Both the position numbers and the translations under genes were made by a program. A stretch of 62,437 nt of DNA, the filler included, from Planctomycetota bacterium (lineage in GTDB: Bacteria > Planctomycetota > Planctomycetia > JALXBF01), in the NCBI GenBank assembly GCA_026991575.1. It is 5 parts of 5 records of this genome, joined end to end, with 100 filler letters (N's around TTAATTAATTAA, not from the genome) between each part and the next. Parts side by side here need not be neighbours in the genome. Positions count along the whole stretch, not along the records: positions 25,854 to 51,058 come from JALXBF010000030.1; 4 more parts are not named here. The stretch is one strand, 5' to 3'. The notes under the pieces were generated by a model, which did not search any database, had not been told where the DNA came from, and saw only the letters and a list, made by a program, of their open reading frames with translations. How positions within the stretch are numbered: position 1 is the stretch's first letter; each line of letters begins with the position of its first letter. Shown here piece by piece: positions 39,541-49,633 of this stretch.

Positions 39541-41007
39541 ATGGCCACATCCGTGTTGCTGGTGGACGCCGATCGGTATCTTGTCCAGCCGATGGCGGAG
39601 TACCTGCGGGAGCAAGGTTTCGAGGTTACCACGGCGCGGAACTACGCAGAGGCGATTGAGCGGCTGACGGAGGGCGAATTCGACATCGTCTTGAGCGAAG
39701 TCGACCTGGGCGAGCGGGACGGCTTTGCGCTGCTGGACTGGGTCAAAGAGCACAGTCCGGAGACGTCCGTGATTCTGATGACCGGTTACGGGACGATCGA
39801 TAACGCGGTCGAGGCGATCCGACGCGGCGCGGTGGATTACCTGGTCAAGCCGATCTTGGTGGAGGAGCTCAGGATTTCGTTGGATCGGGCCATGGCCCAG
39901 CACAACCTGCGGGCTGAGAACCGCCGCCTGAAGCGACAGCTTGACGACCGGTACGGGCTGGACGCGATCGTTGGCCGCGATGTGCGGATGCTTCAGGTGT
40001 ATGAGTTGATCGAGGCGGTGGCTGATACCCGTACCACCGTGCTGATCACAGGGGAAAGTGGTACGGGCAAGAGCCTTACGGCTCGCGCGATTCATCGGCT
40101 GAGCCGGCGGCGGAACGGACCGTTTGTCGAAGTCTGTTGCGGCGCGCTGCCGGAGACACTGCTGGAAAGCGAACTCTTCGGACACAAGGCTGGCTCGTTC
40201 ACCGGGGCGGTGGCCGATCGCAAGGGCAAGTTTGCTCTGGCCGACGGCGGCACGATCTTCCTGGACGAGATCGCCACGGCGTCGCCCGCGCTGCAGGTCA
40301 AGCTCCTGCGCGTGTTGCAGGACATGGAGTTTGAGCCGATCGGCAGCAGCGAAACGATCCGGGTCGATGCACGCCCGATCCTGGCCACCAACCAGGACCT
40401 CGAGCAGCTCGTACGCGAAGGAAAGTTCCGTGAGGACCTCTACTACCGGATCAACGTGATCAATATCCAGCTACCCCCCCTGCGGGAGCGAGCTTCTGAC
40501 ATCCCGCTGCTGGCCGAGCACTTCCTGAAAAAGTACCGCGAGGAAACGGGCAAACCCGTGCGCGGCTTCACCTCGGCGGCAATGGACCTGCTGCAGTGCT
40601 ACCATTGGCCGGGCAACATTCGGGAGTTGGAGAATGCCGTGGAGCGGGCTGTGGTGCTGTGTCGCGGCGAGCTGATTGAACCGGAAGATCTGCCCCCCAC
40701 GTTACGCCGCTCGGCACTGAGCGTCCCCGTAGCGTCACTGCCTTCCCAGGGCCAAGGCGCGCCGCAAAAAGGCCTGAAGGCAGCGCTACTGGAACCGGAG
40801 CGGCAGCTTGTGCTTGCTGCTCTGGAGGCAAACAACTGGAACAAGCAGCGGACTGCCAAGGCATTGGGGATCAACCGGGCAACGCTGTACAAGAAAATGA
40901 GGAAACTCGGGCTGCTACCTCCCAAGCAGGACGGCCAGGGGCGGAGCAAGCAGGCAGGCAAGTCGGGGGCAGACAGCAAGCCGTCGGAACTTTACGCCCG
41001 CGGGTGA
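39541..41007 (+). CDS. Sigma54-dependent response regulator (NtrC/AtoC family)
   Basis: Receiver domain, GESGTGKS, ESELFGH, GSFTGA, FLDEI, WPGNIREL, Fis-type HTH. Confidence 0.93.
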   Translation: MATSVLLVDADRYLVQPMAEYLREQGFEVTTARNYAEAIERLTEGEFDIVLSEVDLGERDGFALLDWVKEHSPETSVILMTGYGTIDNAVEAIRRGAVDYLVKPILVEELRISLDRAMAQHNLRAENRRLKRQLDDRYGLDAIVGRDVRMLQVYELIEAVADTRTTVLITGESGTGKSLTARAIHRLSRRRNGPFVEVCCGALPETLLESELFGHKAGSFTGAVADRKGKFALADGGTIFLDEIATASPALQVKLLRVLQDMEFEPIGSSETIRVDARPILATNQDLEQLVREGKFREDLYYRINVINIQLPPLRERASDIPLLAEHFLKKYREETGKPVRGFTSAAMDLLQCYHWPGNIRELENAVERAVVLCRGELIEPEDLPPTLRRSALSVPVASLPSQGQGAPQKGLKAALLEPERQLVLAALEANNWNKQRTAKALGINRATLYKKMRKLGLLPPKQDGQGRSKQAGKSGADSKPSELYARG

Positions 41008-41918
41008 GTCCGGTCGTAGACTTCGCGAATGCGCCGGCCGGTAATGTGCGTGTAGACCTGCGTTGTGGACAGCAGTTCGTGGCCAAGCAGTTCCTGCACG
41101 GCCCGGATATCCGCGCCACGGTCCAGCATGTGGGTGGCGAAGCTGTGGCGGAGCGTGTGCGGGGAGAGCTTCTTGTCGATTCCCGCCTGCCTGGCCCGCT
41201 TCTGCACCATGCGCGCCACCGATCGTTGGCTGATCCGGCGGCCATAGCGATTCAGAAACAGAGCCGAGCGATCCCAGCGTCCGTCACGCGCCACCCGGCC
41301 ACGCACGGCTAACCAGGCCCGCAGCGCCTCAATGGCCACGCCCCCCACCGGGGCGAGCCGCTCCTTCTTGCCCTTGCCGCGAACCAGCACCACGCCGTTA
41401 TCCAGGTCGAGGTCTGCTACGTCCAGTCCCACCAGTTCCCCGACGCGTAGCCCGGCCGAGTAGAACAGCTCCAGGATCGCCCGATCCCGTACCGCGAACC
41501 AATCGCTACCGGCCGTGTCGTCCAGCAATCGAGCGGCCTCCTCCTCGGTGAGCACACCGGGCAGAGTCCGCCGCTCCCGTGGGCTGCGTAACCCGGCCGC
41601 GGGGTTGCGCGCAAGGACCCCCTGACGGACCAGGTACTTCAGGAACGTGCGGACGGCCGCAAGCTTGCGATTGATCGACCTTGCCGCCAGTCCACTCTGG
41701 CCCAGCCCGGCCAGCCAGGCACGCACGTGTCGCGTCGAGATCCGTTCGGCTCGCTCCACCCGGGTGCCGCTCAGATGGGCTGCGAACTGCTCGAGATCCT
41801 TGCGGTACGCTCGGACCGTGTGTTCGGAAGCGTTACGTTCGACCCTGAGATGTTGAACGAACCGGTCAATCCAGTCTGTGATCGTCGAGGTTGGCACGCC
41901 GCGTTCGTCCATGGTCAC
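40992..41918 (-). CDS. xerC: Tyrosine recombinase XerC
   Basis: SEHTVRAY, GLRVGEL, GKGKKER, HTLRHSFATH, LLGH, TTQVYTH. Confidence 0.85.
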   Translation of the reverse strand: MTMDERGVPTSTITDWIDRFVQHLRVERNASEHTVRAYRKDLEQFAAHLSGTRVERAERISTRHVRAWLAGLGQSGLAARSINRKLAAVRTFLKYLVRQGVLARNPAAGLRSPRERRTLPGVLTEEEAARLLDDTAGSDWFAVRDRAILELFYSAGLRVGELVGLDVADLDLDNGVVLVRGKGKKERLAPVGGVAIEALRAWLAVRGRVARDGRWDRSALFLNRYGRRISQRSVARMVQKRARQAGIDKKLSPHTLRHSFATHMLDRGADIRAVQELLGHELLSTTQVYTHITGRRIREVYDRTHPRA

Positions 41919-42000
41919 CGTTCACGTGTCCGGACCACCAGCTAGGAGCTCACAGCACCCGGTGCCGGCAACCGGTGTGCTCGTTCACCCCATCGGCGTG

Positions 42001-42237
42001 CTAGGAAAGCAGACCGTCGGGGCCGCAGGTCAGCTGCAGGCGTTCCCAGAGGGCCTGAGGAAGCAGGCCGGCACGCTCGCTGAGCATCTTGGCATCAGCC
42101 CTCGAGAGGTTCAGGCGGGGATCTGCTGCAAACTTGTGCAGGACGCGGATCAGAGCTGGCCGGCTAGCATCGTCATACAGAAAGATGTAGCGATGATCAC
42201 CTTTGGCCAGAGCGAGGATGTTCAGGTCACGTGACAT
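42001..42237 (-). CDS. Small conserved planctomycete-type hypothetical protein
   Basis: MSRDLNILALAKGDHRYIFLYDD..FAADPRL resembles a small planctomycete family; GGGAG RBS. Confidence 0.65.
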   Translation of the reverse strand: MSRDLNILALAKGDHRYIFLYDDASRPALIRVLHKFAADPRLNLSRADAKMLSERAGLLPQALWERLQLTCGPDGLLS

Positions 42238-42376
42238 CGTTGCTCCCGCGGCTGCTGATTGCCTGCCTTGGCGGAGTTGTGCATCCCTTCTGTAGATCGG
42301 TCGCCACGGGGACCGACCATTAGGTCCGTCGTGCCTGCCTCTGTGCCCGGCTTCTACCACAGCCTCCCGCTATCGT

Positions 42377-44941
42377 CTACGGCAGTTGGCCAGGCCTGGA
42401 CACATTCGGCTCTGCGGCAGGAACCTGACTTGCCTCTCTCGGACCGTTCTCACTGACTGCCTTGATGAACTCATTGTCCGGATCGCCAAGCAGGATCAGC
42501 CGCCGTTTCGGGCGCGTCGCAGCGACGTAGAAGATACGTTCCTCTTCGGCATCCCAGTGCCGCCCGTCCTCAGCGCCATTACCCCGACGGCACAGTGGGA
42601 ACAGCCCGTTGTGCAGCCCGGCAACGTACACCGTATCGAACTCCATCCCTTTGACCTGATGGACCGGCAGCACAGGCAACCCCTCATCGATCATTGTCAG
42701 CTCGACATTGCGCACCAGCGCGCACGTGTGGAGCACCTCCTGCACCAACGGTCGGCTCGGCACGATGTCTCTTCCCCCCTGGAAGCGAACGATGTGCTCT
42801 ACCAACTCCGACAGATGCCTCCATCGTTCCGGATCGTGCTTGTAGACCTCGTCCAGGCCAATCAGCTGCAGACCGTCGGCAAGTAGCTGGGCAGGGGGTT
42901 GCTTCCAGACCAGGGACCGCAGCTGATCCAACGCGGCCGCCGTCGGTCCTACGTTCTCGGCCACCGGCTCAAGCAAAGTACGCCGTTCGTTTGTAGCCAG
43001 CGAGATCGCTACAAGCAGTTGCCGCGCCAGCTGTACCGTTGCGTACACGTCGTCCTTGGCCCGGTGGCTGGGCCGGTGCGAGAGCTCTAGGGTTTCAGCC
43101 AGCGTGCGGAGGTCATACCGCTCAACGTTGGGCAAGACCCTCCGGGCAAGCTCCCGCGTGTCGTCCCAGTCGTTCATCTCCGGCAGAGCGATGCCACAGC
43201 GACGGGCGTGGCTGCGGAGCACGTCGAGGTCGAAGCTGACATTGTGCCCGACAATGTGCACGCCTTGCAGGAACTCGGCAATCCGTCGAAACGCTTTTGG
43301 CGGGGGTGTTCCGCCTGCGCGCAACTCGTCTTCGGTTAACCCGTGGATGTCCTGCCCTTCGATCCGACCTTCAATCGGCCAAAACAAAAGGTGAAGCTCA
43401 GCGACAATCTTGCCGTCCTGCACCCTGGTACCGAAGAACTCGATGACCTCTGCCTTGTTAGGGTCCAGTCCGGTCGTTTCGACATCAAGGACCACAACGG
43501 ACCCGTCACGCCAGCGCGCAAGCAACGGCGCAAAGGGCTCGCCGTGCTGCCAGGTACGTGCCATCAGCAGATCGCACAGGCGCACGTAACAACTGCGGCC
43601 CTGCTCCACGATCTGCTTCAGCGTCCGGTCCCCGACGCCGATCTTCAACGACCGCAGCAGCCGTCGGGCGGACCAGGAATCGAACGGATTGGCGATCAAT
43701 CTCAGCAACGCCAGAGCGTCCTTGATCTCCTTTCGGCGGAAGAACTCAAAGCGGTCCACCAGGCAGACCTGGATGCCAGCCTGTTGCAGCTCCCCGGCAA
43801 CCTCCTCCGCATGCCTCCTGGTCCTGGTCAGTACCACGGCCTTATGTGACCGTGGGTCAAGCTTGTTCTGGCGGATGTCTTGGGCAATGACTCGAGCTTG
43901 CTCCGATGCCGCGCGCGCCGCGACGGTCACGACCGGATCGCCCGCCAAGCTGCCGCTTGGCGCTTTCGGTGCCGGCAGGTCGGGGGCGTACCGGCGCAGC
44001 AGCCGTGCGGCGACATCGACCAGCGTCTTGGTGGACCGGAAGTTGTACGAAAGGGTGAATTCTTTCGGTTTGAACGCCTCTTTGTACCGACGCAGCACCG
44101 TCCGTGGGCACGATCCGCGCCACTCGTAGATCGTCTGGGCAATGTCCCCGAAAAAGGACAGTTGGCCATGGTCGCGCGCGAGCATCTCCAGGACGGCGTA
44201 CTCAGCCAGATGCGTGTCTTGAACCTCATCCACCTGGATCCACTGAAACCGCTCTGCCCAGTAACGCCGGCAGGCGTCGTCTGTGTAGAAGAGATGTCGG
44301 ACATAGCGGATCAAGTCTGAGAAGTCGACGGCACTGGCGGCACTGAGCGCCCGGTCGTAGCGACGCAGTAATTGGGCTACGTAGTCCGGCCCGCCGAAGC
44401 TATGAGGACTAGGGCCTTCCTCAGAAGCCATGGTGTTGAGGATGTCCTTGATCGAGTCGTCCAGGCTGTGTTGCTTGAGCTTTACGCGGCTGAGAAGCTC
44501 CCAGCACGATCGCGCCGCGCGCCGTACGTCCTTATCGAACGCGGCCAGGTTCTGCTCGGCGATCTCCCTCAGCAGTTCCGGGCCATCGACATCGTCGAGG
44601 ATCATGTACTCGCGTGGGATTCCCACCCGGTCACCGTCACGTCGGAGCACTTCGGCACAGAACCGGTGAAACGTGGCGCAGAAAACCGCCCTGGCCTGTT
44701 CTCCCAGCCGGTGCGCGACACGATTCTGGATTTGTCGCGCGGCACGGTTCGTGAAGGTCAGGCACAATGTGCGGTCAGCTGCCACCGTGCCGGATTCGAT
44801 CGCGTAACGTAGCCGCTCGGCCATGGTGAGCGTCTTGCCACTGCCGACCATGGCCAGCACCAGGACCGGGTGGTTTACGCAGTGGACCACGGCCCGCTGC
44901 TCGTCAGTGAGCCTGATGCTCGCCAGATCCGTGCTTGTCAT
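42377..44941 (-). CDS. UvrD/Rep helicase with an inserted DEDDh (DnaQ-like) 3'-5' exonuclease
   Basis: GSGKT, LTFTNRAA, VDEVQD, QTIYEWRG, NFRS, KGMEFD, YVAATR; insert LDVETTG..HNVSFD..HRAKDD. Confidence 0.9.
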   Translation of the reverse strand: MTSTDLASIRLTDEQRAVVHCVNHPVLVLAMVGSGKTLTMAERLRYAIESGTVAADRTLCLTFTNRAARQIQNRVAHRLGEQARAVFCATFHRFCAEVLRRDGDRVGIPREYMILDDVDGPELLREIAEQNLAAFDKDVRRAARSCWELLSRVKLKQHSLDDSIKDILNTMASEEGPSPHSFGGPDYVAQLLRRYDRALSAASAVDFSDLIRYVRHLFYTDDACRRYWAERFQWIQVDEVQDTHLAEYAVLEMLARDHGQLSFFGDIAQTIYEWRGSCPRTVLRRYKEAFKPKEFTLSYNFRSTKTLVDVAARLLRRYAPDLPAPKAPSGSLAGDPVVTVAARAASEQARVIAQDIRQNKLDPRSHKAVVLTRTRRHAEEVAGELQQAGIQVCLVDRFEFFRRKEIKDALALLRLIANPFDSWSARRLLRSLKIGVGDRTLKQIVEQGRSCYVRLCDLLMARTWQHGEPFAPLLARWRDGSVVVLDVETTGLDPNKAEVIEFFGTRVQDGKIVAELHLLFWPIEGRIEGQDIHGLTEDELRAGGTPPPKAFRRIAEFLQGVHIVGHNVSFDLDVLRSHARRCGIALPEMNDWDDTRELARRVLPNVERYDLRTLAETLELSHRPSHRAKDDVYATVQLARQLLVAISLATNERRTLLEPVAENVGPTAAALDQLRSLVWKQPPAQLLADGLQLIGLDEVYKHDPERWRHLSELVEHIVRFQGGRDIVPSRPLVQEVLHTCALVRNVELTMIDEGLPVLPVHQVKGMEFDTVYVAGLHNGLFPLCRRGNGAEDGRHWDAEEERIFYVAATRPKRRLILLGDPDNEFIKAVSENGPREASQVPAAEPNVSRPGQLP

Positions 44942-45003
44942 CGTCACCCCCGAAAGTTCCCCTGTTGGGAACGTTCTCTTGAACGGCCGCTTGCGGCGCA
45001 ATC

Positions 45004-46425
45004 CTACCCCACCGGCACAAACACGAAGTCCCGGTCCCGCCACGGCGGGCACGCCAGCCGTTTCAGCAGTTCGTTCAGTTCTGCGGAGCCTATCCCCGCA
45101 TGGTGCCACACGACCCACAGGACATCGGCCTCTTGTGGTCGGCTATGGGGCAATGGTGTGAAGCCGTCCGTCAGCACGACCACGAGTGTCGGCGGCGGAT
45201 GCAATTGAAGAGCAGCCTGGAGCCCGGCCCGCATGTCGGTGCCACCGCCGCCTCGCAGTCGGCGGCGCAGACTGGCCACCTCGCGCCTCGACCGCACAAC
45301 GATCGGCTCATAGGCGACGGCATCACACGGGATCACCACGATCGGTCCAGCAACCTGGACGAGCAGTGCCCCGAGCTCTGCCACTGCCTGGCCGAGCTCC
45401 TGCTGAGAAATCGAACCGGATGTGTCGACAACACAGGCGACACGGGGCACCAACTTGCCGGCCAGGCGTGGCAGGACAAACGGCTCGTAGGCCGCAGACT
45501 TCCGATGCGGTCGTGCGTAGCAGTAGTCAATGCGCGCCTCGGATCCTAGCGCCAGCTTACCGCGCACCGCACGCCGTAGCCGCTCCTGCCAGCGAACCAT
45601 CGGCTTACACTGCTGCTCGGCCCAACGTAGCGCGCCGCGCGGCAACGTGCCGCGGGCCTTATGTTCGAGAATGTCTCGCGCGACGGTGGCCTGAATCTGA
45701 GCGGCGATCTGCTGGAGCTCATGGGCACCACTCTTCTCTGTGCTCGCCTGGCCAGCGGTAACCGCGCCGAGGTGCGCAGCGATGCCGTCGGCGGAAAGCG
45801 GCGCGCCGTTGATGTCACGGGCCGTCTCGGGCAGACCGAAACGGTCAAACAGCCGCTCCTGCAACTTCTGGTCGACGGCCTCCGGCCTCGAGTGCTCGGA
45901 ACCGAACGGCCATCGTCCCCGTCTCGACCCAGCTGTCCGCTTGCTGGCCGAGTGCCGTGCTCGCTCTAGCATCCGAAGGAACTGTTCGTAGTACCACTCC
46001 GCCGTACGACCGGCCGGCAGTTCGAGCTTCTTTGGTTCGATCAGCCACCACTCGTCCGGGCGGGCCAAGCCCGGCGGGGTCCAGTCGTTGATTTCCAGGT
46101 CGCAGGCCAGATGCCAGAGGCTGCGGTAGCGGTTGCCGCAGCGGTCAACGTGATCGCGCAGGAAATGGCATGTCAGATGCACGCAGCCGAACGCCAGTTT
46201 GGCTACTGCCTGCTTCGTGTCTTGCCTGGCCAACTCGCGCAGCCGATCGACGTCCCAGTAAGCCGTAAGCGGGGGCACGTACGCCACAACAGTGCCGATC
46301 CCATGGGCCAGCCGGTGCTTGAATGCAACCAGGGCCCTGCCGTAGTAGGGGGCGTGGTCCAGGGCGTAGAACCGCGCGAGCCTCAGCAGCTTACGTAGCT
46401 TGTCGATCTCGGTCGAAAAACTCAT
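45004..46425 (-). CDS. DUF2201-type protein (metallopeptidase-like N-terminus + vWA domain)
   Basis: ACDLEIND, AEWYY, VDTSGS MIDAS, GGGGTD, LTDG. Confidence 0.85.
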   Translation of the reverse strand: MSFSTEIDKLRKLLRLARFYALDHAPYYGRALVAFKHRLAHGIGTVVAYVPPLTAYWDVDRLRELARQDTKQAVAKLAFGCVHLTCHFLRDHVDRCGNRYRSLWHLACDLEINDWTPPGLARPDEWWLIEPKKLELPAGRTAEWYYEQFLRMLERARHSASKRTAGSRRGRWPFGSEHSRPEAVDQKLQERLFDRFGLPETARDINGAPLSADGIAAHLGAVTAGQASTEKSGAHELQQIAAQIQATVARDILEHKARGTLPRGALRWAEQQCKPMVRWQERLRRAVRGKLALGSEARIDYCYARPHRKSAAYEPFVLPRLAGKLVPRVACVVDTSGSISQQELGQAVAELGALLVQVAGPIVVIPCDAVAYEPIVVRSRREVASLRRRLRGGGGTDMRAGLQAALQLHPPPTLVVVLTDGFTPLPHSRPQEADVLWVVWHHAGIGSAELNELLKRLACPPWRDRDFVFVPVG

Positions 46426-47707
46426 CGAGCTCCCGCAAGATGCTGGCCAGTTCCGTACCGCCAAGCTTTGTGGCCAGGCTGCCGGCCAACTCCCGGCGCC
46501 GACTTTCATCCGGAACCAACTGCACGACGTTGCTGAAAAACCCGGTCTTGGCCAGCCGCCGTAGCGATGGCACGACGACATCGGCCCGATCCGCATCGGC
46601 CGTGTGGGCGCACAGGTCGGCGTACCGGAGGATCGCTTCGATAAGCGTGTCGATGTCCTCGGGCTGCCTGCTGTGCCGGGCTGTTTCGTGGAGCCTGCTG
46701 AGCACCGCTGCGCAGCCGGACCAGAAAATCCAGTGTTCGTCTTCTCGCAGCTTCACCGGGTCGAACTCGTGCCTATCCACCAGCACCCGCTGCGGGTCCG
46801 GAATGCGCAGCTCCTCCACGAAGGCTCGGAACGCCCGCGCGGCCGCCAGACCGACTGTCCCTTCAATCAGGTTCCAGACGGCTTGCCGTGGCTTGCCGTT
46901 CGCTTCCCAGTCCGCCTGTCCGGGCAGGGGGATCAGGCTCAGCACGCTGGCCGTTGTCAGCAGGTAGGCGGCGTACTCCCAGGTGCGTGGCGATGCGAAC
47001 GCATACGGATAGCGGTCCTCGTCCGGTTCGGTGCACAGGTACTCGGAGCCGGCGTGCTGCAGGAAGCGCGCAATGGTCAACCGCCAGGAGGGCAGGATGC
47101 GGGAGTGCGTGTCGCGCGGTATGCTGGGCAGGCTGACGCGTGGAAAGTCGACGGCGAGCGCTTCGGCATAGGCCAGGGTGGGGTATTCCCAGTAGACGTG
47201 GGCGAACCGGTTTGCCAGCGGAGCCGACAGCTCCCATCCGGCCGCCATCTGCTCAGGGGGATTGCCTGCGGCCACGATCACCACGCCTTCGGGCAGCGCA
47301 TAGCTGCCCACGCGCCTCTCCAGCACCAGACGAAGCAGGGCAGCCTGGACGCTTGGCGGCGCCGTGGTCAGCTCATCCAGGAACAGAATCCCCCGCCCGG
47401 TTGGCTCAAAGTGGCGCAGCCAGCCTGGCGGTGCGAACTGCATGCTGCCGGTTTCCTTGTCCAGCATGGGGAAGCCCGAAAAATCGGTGGGGTCGTGGAT
47501 CGATGCGATGAGCGTGAAGACCGGGAGATCATCGCGCGCGAACGCTTCGACAAAGGACGACTTGCCCGTACCCGGAGCTCCCCAAACCAGCGCCGGGATG
47601 CCCTGGGCGCCGCGCGGTGACGGCGTGGCCATGCAAAGCATCAGCTCCACCGTACCGGACGGTCCCCTGTTCTGCAGCTCGCGTAGCTCGTCAAGCAGCG
47701 ATTTCAT
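46391..47707 (-). CDS. MoxR-like AAA+ ATPase
   Basis: GAPGTGKS Walker A, LFLDEL Walker B, AAGNP, LANRF, SPRTWE. Confidence 0.88.
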   Translation of the reverse strand: MKSLLDELRELQNRGPSGTVELMLCMATPSPRGAQGIPALVWGAPGTGKSSFVEAFARDDLPVFTLIASIHDPTDFSGFPMLDKETGSMQFAPPGWLRHFEPTGRGILFLDELTTAPPSVQAALLRLVLERRVGSYALPEGVVIVAAGNPPEQMAAGWELSAPLANRFAHVYWEYPTLAYAEALAVDFPRVSLPSIPRDTHSRILPSWRLTIARFLQHAGSEYLCTEPDEDRYPYAFASPRTWEYAAYLLTTASVLSLIPLPGQADWEANGKPRQAVWNLIEGTVGLAAARAFRAFVEELRIPDPQRVLVDRHEFDPVKLREDEHWIFWSGCAAVLSRLHETARHSRQPEDIDTLIEAILRYADLCAHTADADRADVVVPSLRRLAKTGFFSNVVQLVPDESRRRELAGSLATKLGGTELASILRELDEFFDRDRQAT

Positions 47708-47825
47708 CTGCCACCTGCTCCCAACGGTGCTCGGTTCCGACCCTTACCAGCGTTCCTATTCACTAGACACTTGTCGCGCGCAGTTGCTGACAGGAGCTGC
47801 GCACCGGGGCAGCCAGCCCCGGTAC

Positions 47826-48950
47826 TCAGCGGTACAGGGTCAGGACCATCTCGAGCATAGCCAGCTGGTCGCTCGGACCGCGCACGTGCGTAAGCAGCGT
47901 CTGCACCAGCCAGACAATCGCCTGGCGGACCCAGTCGGTACGCTGAGCATCGCGGGCCACTGCCGGCCCTTGCCCTGCCAGAAACTGGCTCCGGATCGAT
48001 CGGAACAGCTGTTCACGTGCCTGCTCGTCCGCCACCGCGCGATGCAGGACCGCGGTAAGCCGTTCGCCGATCGGCCCGGTCCACGGTTCCGGATTTCCGC
48101 TCAGTTGGGCAGCGCGCACGGCGCAGGCAACGCCGGTGAGCAGGCACCAGAAGCGCGTATGCTGCAGGAGGGTTGCTGCCCAGCGGCACAGGGGCTGGAC
48201 CGCCGCGGACTCGATCGTCGAGTACAGATGCGGCCATAGCCGCGGCACGGCGTGGTCCAGTAGGTGTCCCGGATCGAGTTCGGCTGCGTGGTGTAGCCCG
48301 CTGAGCAAGTCAACGCCCCGCAAGCGTGCATCAGCCGCCAGTGCTGCGACCAATGTCGCATCTTCCAGCGAAGCGGCGGCGACAAGAAACGCAGCCGGTG
48401 AGCGGTTGGAGATCTGGGCCAGCCGCTCGCGCGCCAGCCGCTCAGCGTCCGGCCAGGATTCGATCACGTCGTCTTCGTTCAGCAGATGGGCGAGCAGTTC
48501 AGCCCGTGCCTCAGCCACTCGTGGTCCGCTGATGTAGACCTGCTCGTCGCAGCGTGCCTGGACGCTGCGCAGCTCGTTGTAGCACTGGATCGCATCGTGC
48601 GCCGAATCCCGGTGTGACAGCTCCGGCAAGTTCAAATCAGCAAGGGCCACAACGACGGGGACCACATCCTGCGTTCGCCGGGCGACCGTGACACAGGCCG
48701 GTTCATCGGTTGCCTGTCGCGGTCGCAGGAAGTCGGGCAGATACAGACAGGGGCTAGCTCGGAACGCCGCAAACCCGTCACCGGTTAGCGTGAACTCGAC
48801 GCTGTGGATCGCCTGCCCACACCGCAGCGGCATCCGGACCACGTGACCTGTTGCGATAAAGAAGCCTGGCACAGTCAGTCCCTCGAGCTTTCCAGGCGCG
48901 CGGCCGGCCCACTGCGCTGAAGCGTACCGGCGCCGCCCGTGGCTGTGCAA
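47826..48950 (-). CDS. Hypothetical protein, first gene of the AAA/vWA/helicase cluster
   Basis: 374-aa ORF, helical composition, co-oriented with downstream genes; start uncertain. Confidence 0.55.
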   Translation of the reverse strand: MHSHGRRRYASAQWAGRAPGKLEGLTVPGFFIATGHVVRMPLRCGQAIHSVEFTLTGDGFAAFRASPCLYLPDFLRPRQATDEPACVTVARRTQDVVPVVVALADLNLPELSHRDSAHDAIQCYNELRSVQARCDEQVYISGPRVAEARAELLAHLLNEDDVIESWPDAERLARERLAQISNRSPAAFLVAAASLEDATLVAALAADARLRGVDLLSGLHHAAELDPGHLLDHAVPRLWPHLYSTIESAAVQPLCRWAATLLQHTRFWCLLTGVACAVRAAQLSGNPEPWTGPIGERLTAVLHRAVADEQAREQLFRSIRSQFLAGQGPAVARDAQRTDWVRQAIVWLVQTLLTHVRGPSDQLAMLEMVLTLYR

Positions 48951-49135
48951 GCCGGGGCCGCCGACCTGATAAGGGATGGTCCCGGAGGCCGCTGCGCGCG
49001 AGCCAGATACCCCCGCGGTGCGGGGGGCTCGACCCGACGTGCGATCGGTCCGCGGGCTGCCTTAGAATCTTGGGCAGCGAGCATCCGTTTCGCCCTTCGG
49101 GCACATAGCCTGCGTATGGCGTTTCTGGCAGACCT

Positions 49136-49633
49136 TTGACAGCGAACCATGAGCGGGAGGTGGCACGCGTGCCCCGCATCCATGAGGCTCGCGGCTTGTA
49201 CTACCAGGAAATCGAGGAAGGGGAGGTGTGGCTGAGCCCGTCGCGTACGGTGACCGAGGCCGACATTGTGCTGTTTGCCGCGTTGACCGGTGATATGAAC
49301 CCCCTCCACGTGGACCACGAGTTCGCACGGCAGAGTGCCTTTGGCCGACCGGTGGCTCACGGGCTATTGGGCCTGAGTCTCGTTGCCGGACTCGGTGCAA
49401 ACTGGCCCCGCATGCAGACGCTTGCGTTTGTGCGTATCCACGAGTGGCATTTCTTGAAGCCGATCATGCCTGGGGACACGGTGCACGTTCGCACGGAGGT
49501 GCTGGCGATCGAGCCGCGAGCCCGCGGTCGGCGGGCACTGGTGCGGTGGAAGCGGCAGTTGATCAACCAGGACAACGTCGTGGTGCAGGAGGGGGTGACC
49601 GAGACGCTGGTGGAGGGACGGCCAGGGGCATGA
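49136..49633 (+). CDS. MaoC-like dehydratase
   Basis: SRTVTEADI..FAALTGDMNPLHVD..AHG..PGDTV. Confidence 0.9.
   Translation: MTANHEREVARVPRIHEARGLYYQEIEEGEVWLSPSRTVTEADIVLFAALTGDMNPLHVDHEFARQSAFGRPVAHGLLGLSLVAGLGANWPRMQTLAFVRIHEWHFLKPIMPGDTVHVRTEVLAIEPRARGRRALVRWKRQLINQDNVVVQEGVTETLVEGRPGA

Noticed and set aside
40992..41918. Tyrosine recombinase as a prophage or ICE integrase
   Set aside because: Size and motifs fit chromosomal XerC, and there are no phage or conjugation genes nearby
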